From positions 1,488,001 through 1,552,000 of the forward strand of contig NW_027140453.1 in assembly GCF_036365525.1 (NCBI RefSeq): a DNA stretch of 64,000 nt, in the 5' to 3' direction. This document shows positions 1 through 13,445 of this stretch, one piece after another. This DNA comes from Heterodontus francisci. Lineage: Eukaryota. Every line of letters begins with the position of its first letter. Within the stretch, counting starts at the first letter, position 1. The notes below the pieces were generated by a model that saw only the letters and a program-made list of their open reading frames with translations, ran no database searches and was not told where the DNA came from. The translations under genes and the position numbers were made by a program.

Positions 1-995
1 GTCTGGGGTTAGTATGATACAGTCATTGAGGGGATGTGATGCAGCGACTGAGGGTAGTGTGATACAGAGTCTGAGGGGGATGTGATACAGTGACTGAGGG
101 TAGTGTGATACAATGACAGAGGAAGTGTGATACAGTGACAGAGGGGAGTGTGATGCAGGGAGTGAGGGGAGTGTGATGCAGTGACTGAGGGGAGCATGAT
201 ACAGTGACTGAGGGGTGTGTGATACAGTCACTCAGGGAGTGTGATACAGTGACTGAGGGGAGTGTGATACAGTTACGGAGGGGAGTGTGATACACTGACT
301 GAGGGGAGTGGGATACAGTGACTGAAGGGAGTGTGATACAGTGACTGAGGGGTGTGGGATGCAGTGACTGAGGGGAGTAGGATACAGTCAGTGAGGGGAG
401 TGGGATGCAGCGACTGAGGGTAGTGTGATATAGTGAGTGAGGGGAGTGCGATACAGTGTCTGAGGGGAGTGTGATACACTGACTGAGGGGAGTGGGATAC
501 AGTGACTGAAGGGAGTGTGATACAGTGACTGAGGGGACTGCGATACAGTGTCTGAGGGGAGTGTGAGACACTGTCTGAGGGGAGTGGGATACAGTGACTG
601 AGGGGAGTGTGATGCACTGTCTGAGGGGAGTGTGAGACACTGTCTGAGGGGAGTGGGATACGGTGAACTGAAGGGTGTGTGATACAGTGACTGGGGGAGT
701 GTGATACAGTGACTGAGTAGAGTGTGATACACTGTCTGAGGGGAGTGGAATGCAGTGACTGAAGGGAATATAATGCAGTGACTGAGGGGATTGTGATACA
801 GTGAGCTGAAGGGAGTGCGATGCAGCGACTGAGGAGAGTGTGATACAGCGACTGACGGGAGTGGGATACAGCGACTGAGGGGAGTGTGATACAGTGACTG
901 AGGGGAATGTGATAAAGTGACTGAGGGGAATGTGATAAAGTGACTGAGGTGAGTGTAATGCAGTGACTGAGGTGACTGTGATAGAGACTGAGGGC
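1..995. repeat. 23-bp minisatellite (consensus ~CAGTGACTGAGGGGAGTGTGATA)
   Basis: About 40 imperfect copies visible directly; the long minus-strand ORFs here are translations of the repeat. Confidence 0.95.
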
Positions 996-1119
996 AGCAT
1001 GATGCTCAAACTCAGGAATCCGAGGAACAATCGACTAGAGAATCTACTGAGGTTTCATCCACTACCCACCGGGCTCTCGAAGCTGAGGTATCTGCTTTGT
1101 GGGGTTATCATCGCAGAAT

Positions 1120-1990
1120 CATGGAATCAAAGACTGGTTACGGCACAGAAAGTTTCTGTTCAGCCCATCTACACCGTGCCAGCTCTCTGGCAGTGCAACT
1201 CACCTACTCCCACTCCTGCCATTTTCCTGTCGCCCTGCAGATTGTTTCTGCCATGACAATTATCCAATTCCCTTTTGAAAGCCTCAATTAAACCTGCCTC
1301 CAGCACACTCTCATGCAGTGCATTTCAGATCCTAACCACTCACTGTGTGAAAAGGTTTCCCTGTCTCTGTTGTGACTTTTACCACTCACCTAAACCCGTT
1401 GCTCTCTAGTTCTGGATCCTCCCACCAAGAGGAACAGTTTTTCCCTGACTACTCTGTCCAGTTCCCTCTTGATTATGAACATCTTGCTCAAATCTCCTCT
1501 TAATCTTCTCTTCTCCACGGAGAACAGCCCCAGCTTCTCCGATCTATTCATGTCACTGACGTCCCTCATCCCGGGAACCATTCTGGTAAATCTTCTCTGC
1601 ACCCTCTCAAATACCTTAACATCCTTCCTAAGTATTGACCGCTCTCTCGACCTGTCTTGCCACCTTCAATGATTTGTGCACATGTCCCCCCAGGTCCCAC
1701 TGCCCCTGCACCTCCTTTAGAATTGTATCCTTTATTTTATATTGCCTCTCGTTCGTCCGACCAAAATGAATCACTTCACAATTCTCTGTGATAAATTTCA
1801 TTTGCCAGTGTCTGCCCATCCCACCAGCCTGTCTATAACCTCCTGACGTCTATTACTATCCTCCTCACAGTTCACAATACAACCAGGTTTTGTGTCATCT
1901 GCAGAATTTGAAAGTGTGCCCTGTCCGCCCCAGTCTATGTCGTTAATATACATCAGGAAAAACAGTGGTCTGAGCATTATTAGAGAGCAG
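1120..1990 (-). mobile_element. CR1-clade LINE 3' fragment (RT C-terminus and tail)
   Basis: Broken ORFs contain CR1 RT motifs (ADDTK, QRRFTRMVPG, KRRLRGDL). Confidence 0.85.
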
Positions 1991-2089
1991 AACACAGATG
2001 CACAGAGAATTAGGAGGGACAGATAACACTGGAGTCGATAAGAGTATCGTATTAGACGGGGGCAGTGGAAGAGGAAAGGAGATAAGCTG

Positions 2090-2330
2090 TCAATTCAGTT
2101 TAATGTGTGTGTATATGGATGCACGGAGAGTGGTAAATAAGGTTGTTGAGCTTCAGGCACAGATAGCCACGTGGAAATATGATGTTGTGGCAATTACAGG
2201 GTCCTGGCTCGAAGATGGCCAGGACTGGGTAGTGAATATTCCTGACGACAAGGTGTTCAGGAAAGAGAGGGGAGGAAGGAAAGGAGAAGGGGTATCAGTA
2301 TTGATTAAGGGGAACATTACAGTGCTGTTT
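2090..2330 (+). mobile_element. CR1 LINE APE-endonuclease N-terminal fragment
   Basis: DARRVVNKVVEL..YDVVAITGSWL..VFRKER..GEGV resembles the CR1 NARS..NK..EL..DIIAITETWL endonuclease motif. Confidence 0.75.
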
Positions 2331-2709
2331 TCTTTTCTCTCTCTTGTTCTCACTCATTCCAGATCTCCCTCACTCTTTTCTGTCTCACTCCTGTCGCCTA
2401 CCCTCCTTTTCTCTCATTCCTGCTCTCTGTTGTTCTCTGACTCCACTTTCCCCCTGTCGTTTCGCTGATCACTTTGATAATCTCCTGAGTTTTCTCCGTT
2501 AGTTTTCTTTCCTTGTCGGAGTAGTAACTGATTCTGCAGCCGATGATGTCTGGTGTCTCCCCTCGGTAAAGGCTGGTATACATTGATTCAGTGTGTAGAG
2601 GGAGTTAGATTACATACGAGAGGAGGTTCTGTGTTAAAACACTTCTGTCCACTCATCCAGCGTTCTGAATCCCAGTGAAATTCCTCTTGTCTTTATTTGA
2701 TCCTCTCAG

Positions 2710-4552
2710 ACTCGGGGATTCCGTCGACTCCCGAGGAACCTCCCGACTCCCAGCCTGTTTCTGATGACGGTGGGAATATTTCAGATTCTCCACATTTCAG
2801 GAATATTAAATCCCTCCTCCTGTCTCAGTCTGGCACAAATATATCAGGACCGAGGGCCTCCAAACAGCTGTGTGATCGTTCTGTGTAGGGAAACCCATCG
2901 TTCTCACTCTCTCTCTCTCTCTGCCTAGTCTGTGCTGTCAGACAAGAGTTGCAGTCACTTGTGTTCAGTATGAGTGGATACATTGGGAAACACAGAAACG
3001 TAAACGTCCAGAAATTCCTTCAGAAATATCTTTGAGCTTCTATCTCACATCCCTCTCTCTGTAACTCTCAGTTTTATCTCTGTCTCTCTGTTTCTCCTTT
3101 ATCTGCCTTTCACACGCATATATAAATATATTTCATTTCTGTAACCGCCTCTCTCCTATGTGGCTCTCAGATTCTCCAGCTCCCTCTTTCACCTCACTCT
3201 GTCTCCCACTCTCTCTGATGTTCTTTCTCCCTGTCTGTCTCTCTGACTCTCACTTTCTCTCTCTCTGTCTCTCTCACAGATGCTCTTTGTCTGTCTCTCT
3301 GTCTTTGTCTTTGTTAGAGGGACAGAGAGCATCAGAGAGAGAGAGAGAGTGAGAGTGATCGACAGAGACAGAGAAAAGGGCAGTGAGACCGGAGTAAACA
3401 CGGAATGCAAATGATCTCGGGAGATGGAACAAGAGGCAACAGAGAAGAGAGTGCAGGATAGAGGATGATAACACAGGGAGGTCAGATTAGAGACAAGACG
3501 AGTTGAGATAGAGAGAATAACAGAGACAGATGAACAAACGAGTGGATGACAAACTGGAGGAAAGAGAGTTTAAATTAGAGAGGAGAGATCATTCGAAATA
3601 CGTCCCGTGCCCTGTGCTAAACTCTGGGTGTGTTCAACCTGTTGATGTTGTGACTGTTGTGTTTAGATACCAAATACAAGAGGATTAATGTGAAGATCAC
3701 TTCAATGACTGATCTGGATGAAGAATCTGCAAAGAGAATCGTTGTGGAGAGGGTGAGAGACTGCACTGTACTGAGGAGAAACACGGGAGGCAACAGATCC
3801 TCCCTCTCACTGTCTGTATTCACTGAATGGGAACTCCAGGTCATTATTTAAACAGCTCTAATTCCCCCTCTGCTTATCTTCTGGTCCCCCAGATCAGGCT
3901 TGTGAGGGGTTGAATGGGCTTCCTCCTGATCCTGTGTGAAAGGCTCGAGAGGGGGTGAGGGGGCTGAATGGTCTTCTCCTGTTCCCGTGTAAGAACTCGA
4001 ACGAGGGGCTGAATGGCCTCCTCCTGTTCCTGTATAACAGACTCGAGGGGATGAATGGCCTCCTCGTTGGATGGTAACCTCTCTCTGATCTTCCCTCTCA
4101 ATCTCCCCATTCTCTCTTTATGTCCTTTCTACCTCTGTCTCTTTCTCTGCCTCGCTCACCCACTCTGTATTTCTCTTTCTTTGTCTTTCTTTCTGTCTGT
4201 GTCTGTCTCTCCCTCACTGCATCTCTGACGACCTCTCGCTCTCACGCCCTCTGTTTCTCTACCTCTGTCACAATCCATGTAGCTCTCCCACCCTCTCTCT
4301 CCTTCTCTCCCTCTATCTGAGTATCTTTGCCTCACCCTTTCTCTCACTGTCTTGCCCCCACCCTCTCTCCCGATCTCTGTCTGTATGCTCTCTGTCTATT
4401 TCTATTCACTCCTCCCCTTGCAGTGATACTCATCGTTTCTCCTCTCTGCGATGCAGATGAAGCACATGTTCCAGGATCAGTGTCCACACACGAAGCTCGA
4501 ATTGGATCCAGAAGACGTTCAGTGCTCGGCTAGTGAGCCTGTGGAAGTGTGA
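2710..4552 (+). CDS. Last three putative exons of an unidentified gene (2710-2769, 3667-3752, 4457-4552); possibly a fish C-type-lectin/MRC1-like C-terminal domain
   Basis: Each exon has an AG acceptor, the first two have GT donors, and phases are compatible (1-1, 1-0, 0-stop). Joined peptide: DSGIPSTPEEPPDSQPVSDD-DTKYKRINVKITSMTDLDEESAKRIVVER-MKHMFQDQCPHTKLELDPEDVQCSASEPVEV*. Confidence 0.5.
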
Positions 4553-5199
4553 AGGTGTTTGGACATGTCAACAAGCACCCGACACGTGTGATCCAGTCTC
4601 TGTGTGTTTTACATCCTCACTCAATCACTGTACCATCTTATCTTCACCTTGTTTAACTCAAGGAAATTGTCAGCAAAGGGTTAATCTCCGACTAGAAGTA
4701 TGCTAATGTTATACTGTAATTGGTGTGTCTTTATACCGCAGGTGTGTGGGAGCTTTAAGCTATTGCTTTGTTAAATAGAGAAGTACGATCCCATTTGTAT
4801 ACAGTGACCACTGGTCAGCTGAACCCAGACTAACCTGACAGCTCTGGCCACTTTCAGGATGAAGTGATCTCAGGTTTAATGAGGGAGTTTCTTTAAAGAT
4901 CTACCATTGAGTAGAGGTCCCGAAGTTTCATGGAGCTGTCAGCACTGAGAATTGGGGCAAGGAAAACAGTTGGTCCTTGTCCAAGGAGAACCTCAGGGTA
5001 GATAACATCTTTTAAATTGAGGGTTCATGCAGAATGGGGGATTGGTTGATGCTGAACTTTGCAGAATCAAAATATATTGAAAAGGAAAGCTTTCATTGAG
5101 TACAAAGCATTTATGTGTGGCATATGTCAAATGTTTAATAACAAAGGAAGGGAGTTGTACTGAGCTCAGGAACCTAATGCTGACAACACTCCATCTCAA

Positions 5200-5730
5200 T
5201 AACACCTCTGTGAATGCTTCCATTGTCTCTGCTCTGCCACACTGCTTGTCTAACATCCAATACTGGATGAGCAGCTATTTTCTCCTACTAAATATTGGGA
5301 AGACTGAAGCCAATGTCTGTGGTCCCCGACACAAATGTCATTCTTGGACCACCGACACCATCTCTGGTACCTGTCTGAAACTGATCAAGACAGCTTTCAG
5401 CCTTTGTTGTTGTGTTTGACCCCGAGATGAGTTTTCGACCACATATCCACACCATCACCAAGACTGTCCATTTTGCACCTCCATACCATCTCTCGACTCC
5501 GCCCCTGCTTCAGCTCATCTGCTGCTGAAACCCTCATCCGTGCCTCTGTTACCTCCAGACTGGACTATTCCAATACTCTCCTGGCCAACCGCACATCTTT
5601 CACACTTCCTGATCATTTACTCATACAAACATTTGCTGCCTGTGCCTTCACTCACTCCGAACCCTGTTCACCCATAACCCCTGGAACTATTGCCATTCAC
5701 TGACTCCCTGCTCCTCTCCAATTTCCCAAT
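5200..5730 (+). mobile_element. L2-clade LINE RT fragment
   Basis: LLLNIGKTEA and ISRLRPCFSSSAAETLIRASVTSRLDYSN motifs typical of L2 RT C-terminus. Confidence 0.8.
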
Positions 5731-6267
5731 ATTAACATCCTGATCAGTCTGTTGAACTGTTGTGAAATGACTCATTGGTCACAACTCTCTAGTGCAACAA
5801 TGTAAAACGTCTGCAATAAGTGAACATGGCTGTGTATCTTCCATTGATGGACATTCAAACAAGGAGAGCTGCAGCATGGAAAGGCCTTTTAACGTGTTTG
5901 ACTCCCTGACCACCCAGTGTGATTGCAAATCTGATTGTAAACTGTGTGTTTAAAGTTTTATTGCATTCTCTGTCTGCTCAATATATCTATGAATATTGAA
6001 CCTGACCGTCTCAAGATGCTGATTGATTTTGCTGGAATGGCTTTCCCATCTGATCATGGAAATCCAGTGTTTTTTTGTTCTGGGAGGGAACACGCACTGT
6101 TAAATGATTGCTGAGGGCTGAGATCAGAAGGGATGTGACTGTACGTGGTGGGACTGCCCAGCATTCCCCAAACCTTGTGCTACTCCATTCTATTCTGGTC
6201 TGTGCTTCCACCCTGGATAATCCAGCTCATTCAAGGCCTGACAGAGGAAAATGAGAAATCCTGACCT

Positions 6268-7445
6268 TTCAAAAGGCATTTGATACAGTTCCACACATCA
6301 GACTTGTGAGCAAACATGTAGCTCTTGGAATGCATAGGACGGTAGCAACATGGATTACGAAATTGGCTGAGTGACAGGAAACAGAGAATATTGGTTAATG
6401 GATGTTTTCTGGCTGGAGGAATGTTTGTTGTGGACTTCCCCAGGGATCAGTGTTGGGACCCTTGCTTTTCCTGATATATATTAATGTCCTAGACCTCGGA
6501 GTACAGGGCACAATTTCAAAATTTGCAGATGAGACGAAACTTGGAAGCATTGTGAACTGTGAGGAGGATAGTGTAGAACTTCAAAAGGACATAGACAAGT
6601 TGGTGGAATGGGCGGACAAGTGACAGATGAGGTTCAATGTGGAGAAATGTGAAGTGATTAATTTTGTTAGGAAGAACATGGAGAGAAAATATAGAATCGA
6701 GGTTACAATTCTAAAGGGGGTGAAGGAGCAGAGAGACCTGTGTGTTTCTGTGCATAAGTCATTGAAGATGGCAGGACAGGTTGAGAGAGTGGTTGATAAA
6801 GCATACAGTATCCTGGGCTATATTAATAGGGGCATAGATTACAAGAGCAAGGAAGTTATGTTGAAATCGTATAAGACACTAGTTTGTCCTCAGCTGGAGT
6901 ATTGCCTCCAATTCTGGGTGTTGCACTTGAGAAAAGATGTGAGGGCATTTGAGAGAGTACAGACGAGATTCACAAGAATGGTTCCAGGGTTGAGGAATTT
7001 CAGTTATGAAGATAGATTGGAGAAGTTCGGACTGTTTTCCTTGGAGAAGAGAAGGCTGGGAGGTGATTTGAGAGAGATATTCAAAATCATGAGGGGCCTG
7101 GACATAGTAGCCAATGTTCCCACTCGTGAAATTATCGAGAACGAGAGGGCACAGATTTAAAGTATTTGGTAAGAGAAGCAAAAGTGACATGGGGAAACAA
7201 GTTTTCATGCAGCGAGTGGTTAAGGTCTGGGATGCGCTGCCTGGGAACATGGTGGAGGCAGATTCAACTGAAACATTTAAAATAAAATTAGACAGTTACA
7301 TGAAATGGAAGAATTTGCAGGGTTACAGGAAGAGGCCGGGGGAGTGGAACTGAGGGAGTTGCACTTTCAGAGAGCCGGTGCAGACACGATGGGCCGAATG
7401 GCCTCCTTCTGCGTGGTCACAATTCTGTGATTCTTTGATTATTAT
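6268..7445 (+). mobile_element. CR1 LINE 3' portion (RT), degenerate
   Basis: GLPQGSVLGPLLFLIYIN, FADETKL, QLEYCLQFW, KRRLGGDL; ends in CR1-type tail (GGGCCGAATGGCCT..TCTGTGATTCT). A second CR1 tail follows to ~7870. Confidence 0.9.
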
Positions 7446-8554
7446 GAGGAATGTTTGAAGAGGTTGGGCAGATACTCATTGGAGTTTAGAAAAATGAGCC
7501 ACGTAAGATTCTGAGGGGGCTTGACTGGGTAGATGCTGAGTGGATGTTCCTTCTCGTTTGGGAATCTAGAACGAGGCGTAACAATTTCAGAATAAGGGGG
7601 TCTCCCATTTAAGACGGAGATGCGGAGGATATTTTTCTCTCAGAGGATTTGTGAGTCTGTGGAACTCCATTCTCTGGAGAGCAACGGAGGCTGGGTCATT
7701 GAATATATTCAAGCCTGAGTTTGACAGATTTTGATTCTACAAGGGTGTCATGGTTATAGAGGGCAGAAAGGAAAGTGGAGTTAAAGCTGCAATCAGATCA
7801 GTCATGAACTTATAGAATGGCTGAGCAGGCTCGAGGGGCCGAAAGGCCTACTCCTTGCTCCCATTTCTTATAACCTTACTGACTGCCCAATTCAATATCG
7901 GGGTAGTTAAAGTCTCAAATCATCACATAATTTTTTTCACCCCTCAGTTATTTCTTTACAGCTCTGCTCCTCCATGTCCTTCCTGCTCTATGGCAGCTGA
8001 TAAAATACCTGCAAAGTAAAAATGTTTTTCAGAAGATGCTCACAGTCGGAGAACAGTGGACTGTTCATATCAGAGGCACAGACAAGATCTCCCACAGGCC
8101 ACAGGTACACATTCAGCAACATATGCAAACAACAATGAGCAAAGCCAGAGAGCTGGGAGAAGGCTTTTGTAGGCAGGACACGCGACATTGTGAGGCCCCT
8201 GAGCAGATATCAATGTCCCTGCTGCTGTGCCCCTGACATTGGGACTGCAATGAATTTGCATTTACAGTCAAGCATTGCCCAGATTACATTGCAGAAAGAT
8301 GAATGAATTCTGCCCACTTGAGGGAGTTATTGAGAGAACCCTCGCCCACGACTGACACATTGCACCAATGGGAAAATACTGCAGATGCTGGAACTCTGAA
8401 ACACAAACAGAATATTGAGTAGGTCTGGCAGCATTTGTGGAGAGAGAAACAGAGTTAACGTTTCAGCTTGGTCAGCCTTCTTCAGAACGGCAATGGTGAG
8501 AGATGGTACAGATGTTAATAAAGTACAGAGGCAGGGAAAGGGACAAAACAGCAA

Positions 8555-10310
8555 TTTATAATACTCTCGCACCTTTAACGTAATAAAACCTGCCAAGGCT
8601 CTTCACAGGAGCATTATAAACACAGTATGAAACTGAGTGACATAAGGAAAGATTCGGTCAGACAATCAAAATCTCAGTCAAAGAGGTAAGTTTTAAGGAG
8701 AATTTTAAATTGAAAAGTGAGGTGGAGAGGCGGAGAGGTGTAGTGAAGCAATTCCAGAGCTTAGGCCGCAGGCAACTGAAGGTGTGACCACCAATGGTTG
8801 AACAATTAAGGTCGGGGATGCTTAAAGGGCCAGAATTAGAGGAGTGCAGAGATTCCGGAAGGTTGTAGAGGCTGGAGGACGTTACAGCGATAGGGAGGGC
8901 TGTAGGTGCTGGTGAAGGTTACAGAGAGAGGGATGGCTGTCGGAGTTGGTGGATGTTACAGAGATAGGGAGGGTTGTAGGAGCTGGTGGAGGTTAAAGAG
9001 ATAGGGAGTGCTGTTGGAGCTGGTGGAGGTTACAGAGATAGGGAGTGCTGTAGGAGCTGTTGGATATTACAGAGATAGGGAGGGTTGTAGAGACTGGTGG
9101 AGATTACAGAGATAGGGAGGGTTGTTGGAGATGGTGGAGGTTACAGAGATAGGGAGGGTTGTGGAGACTGGTGGAGGTTACAGAGATAGGGAGGGTTGTA
9201 GGAGCTGGAGGAGGTTAACGCGATAGGGAGTGTTGTAGAGACTGGTGGAGGTTACAGAGATAGGGAGAGCTGTACGAGCTGGTGGATGTTACAGAGATAG
9301 GGTGGGTTGTTGGAGCTGGAGGAGGTTAACGCGATAGGGAGGGTTGTAGAGACTGGTGGAGGTTACAGAGATAGGGAGAGCTGTACGAGCTGGTGGAGGT
9401 TACAGAGATAGGGAGGGTTGTAGAGACTGGTGGAGGTTACAGAGATAGGGAGAGTTGTAGAGACTGGTGGTGATTACAGAGATAAGGAGGATTGTTGGAG
9501 CTGGTGGAGGTTACAGAGATAGGGAGGGCTGTAGGAGCTGGAGGAGGTTAACGCGATTGGAAGGGTTGGAGAGACTGGTGGAGGCTACAGAGATAGGGAG
9601 GATTGTTGGAGCTGGTGGAGGTTACAGAGATTGGGAGGGCTGTAGGAGCTGGAGGAGGTTAACGCGATAGGGAGGGTTGTAGAGACTGGTGCAGGTTACA
9701 GAGATAGGGAGGGCTGTAGGAGCTGGTGGATGTTACAGAGATAGGGAGGGCTGTAGGAGCTGAGGAGGTTAACGCAATAGGGAGGGTTGTAGAGACTGGT
9801 GCAGGTTACAGAGATAGGGAGGGCTGTAGAAGGTCAACGCGATAGGGAGGGGAAGGGCCATGGGGGATTTGAGGACAAGGACGAGAAACTTAAAATGTGG
9901 ATGTTGCTTGACTGGGAGACAATGTAGGGCAGTGAGAGCAGGAGTGACAGGGGATCAGGACTTGGAGCAACTTAAGACACAGGCAGAAGAGTTTTAGATG
10001 ACCTCAGGTTTACAGAAATTGGGTGAGCATCAGGACTGCCTTGACATTGTCAAGTCCAGAGCTGACAATGTCTTGAATGAGGGTTTCAGCCACATTTCAG
10101 CTGAAATTGGGGCGCGTTCGGGTGATCTTACAGAGGTGGAAATGTGCAGCGTTAGTGATGGTGCCTACATGAGGTCAGAAGCGCATCACGGCGTCAAATG
10201 TGGCACCAGGATTTCGAACAGACTGGCTTAAACTCAGACCGCTGCCGGGGAGAGAGGTAGAGTCAGTAGTTAAGGAATGGAGTTTGGAGCGGAAACTGAA
10301 AACAGTAGCT
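8555..10310 (-). mobile_element. L2-like LINE fragment with an internal 33-bp tandem expansion (8870-9850)
   Basis: L2-like sequence on both sides of ~30 copies of GGAGGTTACAGAGATAGGGAGGGTTGTAGGAGCTG-type units. Confidence 0.7.
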
Positions 10311-10319
10311 TCAGTTATG

Positions 10320-11258
10320 AGGGCAGTACTGAGGGAGTGCTGCACTGTCGTAGGGTCAGTACTGAGAGAGTGCTGTACTGTCAGAGGGTCAATACTGAGG
10401 GAGTGCTGCACTGTCAGAGGGTCTGTACTGAGGGAGTGCTGCACTGTTGGAAGGTCAGTACTGAGGGAGCGCTTCACTCACAGAGGGTCAGTACTGAGGG
10501 AGTGCTGCACTGTTAGAGGGTCAGGACTGAGGGTGTGCGGCACTGTCGGAGGGTCAGTACTGAGTGAGTGCTGCACTGTGACAGGGCCAGTACTGAGGGA
10601 GTGCTGCACTGACAGAGGGTCAGTACTGAGTGAGTGCTGCACTGTCAGAGGGGAAAACTGAGGGAGTGCTGCACTGTCGGAGGGTCAGTACGGAGGGAGT
10701 GCTGCACTGTCCGAGGGTCAGTACTGAGTGAGTGCTGCACTGTCAGAGGGGCTAACTGAGGGAGTGCAGCACTCTGCGAGGGTCAGAACTGAGGGAGTGC
10801 TGCAATGTCAGAGGGACAAACTGAGGGAGTGCTGCACTGTTAGAGGGTCAGTACTGAGTGAGTGCTGTACTGTCAGAGGGTCAGTACTGAGGGAGTGCTG
10901 CACTGTCAGTGGATCAGTACTGAGGGAGTGCTGCACTGTGAGAGGAGCAGTACTGAGTGAGTGCTGCACTGTCAAGGGTCAGTACTGAGTGAGTGCTGTC
11001 CTGTCAGAGGGTCAGTACTGAGGGAGTGCTGCACTGTCAGAGGGTCAGTACTGAGGGAGTGCTGCACAGTTATTGGGGCAGTACTGAGTTAGTGCTGCAC
11101 TGTCAGAGGGTCAGTACTGAGTGAGTGCTGCACTGTGAGAGGAGCAGTACTGAGTGAGTGCTGCACTGTCAAGGGTCAGTACTGAGGGAGTGCTGCCCTG
11201 TCAGAGTAGCAGTACTGAGTGAGTGCTGCACTGTCAGAGGGTCAGTACTGAGGGAGTC
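10320..11258 (+). repeat. 33-bp minisatellite derived from the DeuSINE Deu-domain (GTCAGTACTGAGGGAGTGCTGCACTGTCAGAGG)
   Basis: ~28 copies; unit matches the recalled Deu-domain core CAGTACTGAGGGAGTGCTGCACTGTC. The same unit occurs at 15578-15722. Confidence 0.8.
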
Positions 11259-11431
11259 CATAAAGCCCCTCCGTCGACCCTGTTATGCAGGAACAGCAGG
11301 AGGCCCTTTCAGTCCCTCTGTCGGGACTGTTACGCAGGCACAGCAGGAGGCCCATTCAGCCCCTCTGTCGAGCCTGTTACACAGGAACAGGTGGAGGCCC
11401 ATTCATCCCCTCTGTCGAGCCTGTTCATGGT

Positions 11432-11783
11432 ACCAGTATCACTCAGATGTACTGGGACAGACAATATCTGGGGAAGGAGCCGCAGCTGATGTTTTACTCC
11501 CTAACTGCACAAAGGGTGAACTCAGAGGGGACAGTGGAGCAGTACCCTCTGCATGTACTGGTACAGACAAGAGCTGGGGAAGGAGCCGCTGTTGATGTTT
11601 TACTCCAATACTGCTAACTATGTGGATCCAGAGGGGACGGTGGACCATTTTACTGCCGAGAGACCGACTGACTCCGAGTACAACCTGGAGTCCTCCAGCC
11701 TGCGGGAGAATCACTCGGCCTTGTATTTCTGTGCCTGAAGACATCACAGTGACTCAGCGGGATGGAGCTGTTCAACAAAAACC
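11432..11783 (+). pseudogene. TRBV: Chimeric TRBV pseudogene (two fused TRBV30-like fragments) with intact 23-RSS
   Basis: TSITQMYWDRQ..EGTVE is fused to SSTLCMYWYRQ..SALYFCA*. No leader or FR1; W>stop after YFCA; RSS CACAGTG(11745)-23 bp-ACAAAAACC(11783). Confidence 0.9.
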
Positions 11784-12517
11784 CAAAAGGCTGCAGGAAA
11801 CACCTGTTTCAGATAAAATTGCTCTGTGCCCCTTATGCAGAGTGAAAGCGTTTATTACAAAAAAAAGAACTGAGTTATGATTGTAGTGACAAATTGAATT
11901 TACAGGTACTGGCAATGGTGCAAAGAACGATGAATAAGGATGTCACGAGATAGGGAGACAAAGATAGCGTCAAAGACAGCGAGACAGCAAGAGAGACATA
12001 ATGAGAGAGAGAGATCGACAGAGTGACAGCGGGAGAGAGGAGGAGAGAAAGAGAGACTGAGATTAAAAAAAACAAAGCCTGAGACACATAGGGCGATAGA
12101 GATAGAGACAAACACAGTGACAGGGAAAAAACTAAAGAGATAGCAAAACTAAGAAATTGGGAGAGAGAGAGAGAGAGTCAGAGAGAGACGGAGAGAGTGG
12201 AAGGTAAACTGAGAGGGAGAGTGCGGAAGGTAAACTGAGAGAGAGAGAGAGTCAGAGAGAGGGAGACAGCGAAAGGTAAACTGAGAGAGAGGGAGAGAGT
12301 GGAAGGTAAACTGAGAGAAAGAGAGAGAAGTAGATTGGCAAACAATTTGATTGTGATTTGTTCACCTGTGGGAATGGGCGTCTCCAACATTGTATCACTT
12401 CCTAATGCTCTTCATGTTCCTCCCAATGATTTGTAAAGAGTGGATTTGGACCCTCACAAGACTCTAAGCTCCTGATCTCACTCCTATGTCTATTAATAGA
12501 AGAAGTTGAAGTGAAAG

Positions 12518-13013
12518 ATGCATCAGTTACTGTGTCTGAGAATCCTGTTTCATTGTATGTGAGTGTGAAATGCAAAACATTATTGTTAATAACTTTCCTC
12601 TCCTCTCCCTGTCTCCCTTTCATTCCCAGAAGTTCCCTGTTTACTGATCTCCTCCTCTCTCCATCTCTCTCCCAGATGTGAACTCACAGACTATCCACCA
12701 GATTCCTGCCGCTGTCTCCAGATTTCCCGGGAAAGGAGTGGAACTGAGGTGCACTCTGGAGGGGAGCAGCAGTATCATCTCCATGTACTGGTACAGAAAA
12801 GAGCCGGGGAAGGAGCCGCTGCTGATGTTTTACTCCAGTATTGCTAACTATGTGGATCCAGAGGGGACGGTGGGCGGTTTCACTGTGGAGAGACCGACTG
12901 ACTCCCAGTTCAACCTGGAGACCTCCAGCCTGCAGGAGAATCACTCGGCCGTGTATCTCTGAGCCTGGAGTCTTCACACTGACTCAGAGAGATGGAGAAG
13001 TTCAAGAAAAACC
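12518..13013 (+). pseudogene. TRBV: TRBV pseudogene, TRBV30-like family (leader 12518-12554, V exon 12676-12974)
   Basis: Leader MHQLLCLRILFH; V exon VNSQTIHQIP..C..WYRK..VYL*AWSL with the second Cys codon TGT>TGA at 12960; RSS CACACTG-23-AGAAAAACC is degenerate. Confidence 0.93.
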
Positions 13014-13345
13014 CCAAAGGCAGCAGGAAACACCTGTTTCAGATAAAACCAGGCGGTGCTGCGTCCTGTTGGGTGTTTTCATCATTGGGAACATGTTTTT
13101 CACAAGACAGGGCGGATTTAAATAGATAGAGACTGGTTAGAAATAGAAGCACAGGGGAATTGTGAAATAGACTTTACAGGAATGATATCAGGAAACAGAG
13201 GTTAAAGTTATCAAGATAGTTTGAACATCGGGGGATCTTTGTTCCAGAAAGGAGAAGAATGAAGGGTAAACCTTCATCCGTCTTAGAGAGATAATTAAAG
13301 ACTTTAATATGTGAAGTGAAGATCAGATAAACACAGATAGATAGA

Positions 13346-13347
13346 GC

Positions 13348-13406
<59 letters not shown>

Positions 13407-13445
13407 GGATACATACATACAAACATTCATACATACATACATACG
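13346..13445. repeat. (GATA)n/(CATA)n microsatellite
   Basis: Direct observation. Confidence 0.95.

Noticed and set aside
23-1030. 335-aa His/Ser/Thr-rich ORF
   Set aside because: Translation of a 23-bp minisatellite; the unit is not a multiple of 3.
4457-4552. EPHB6 terminal exon (ends VEV)
   Set aside because: No SAM-domain sequence precedes it, and the orientation does not match the mammalian arrangement.
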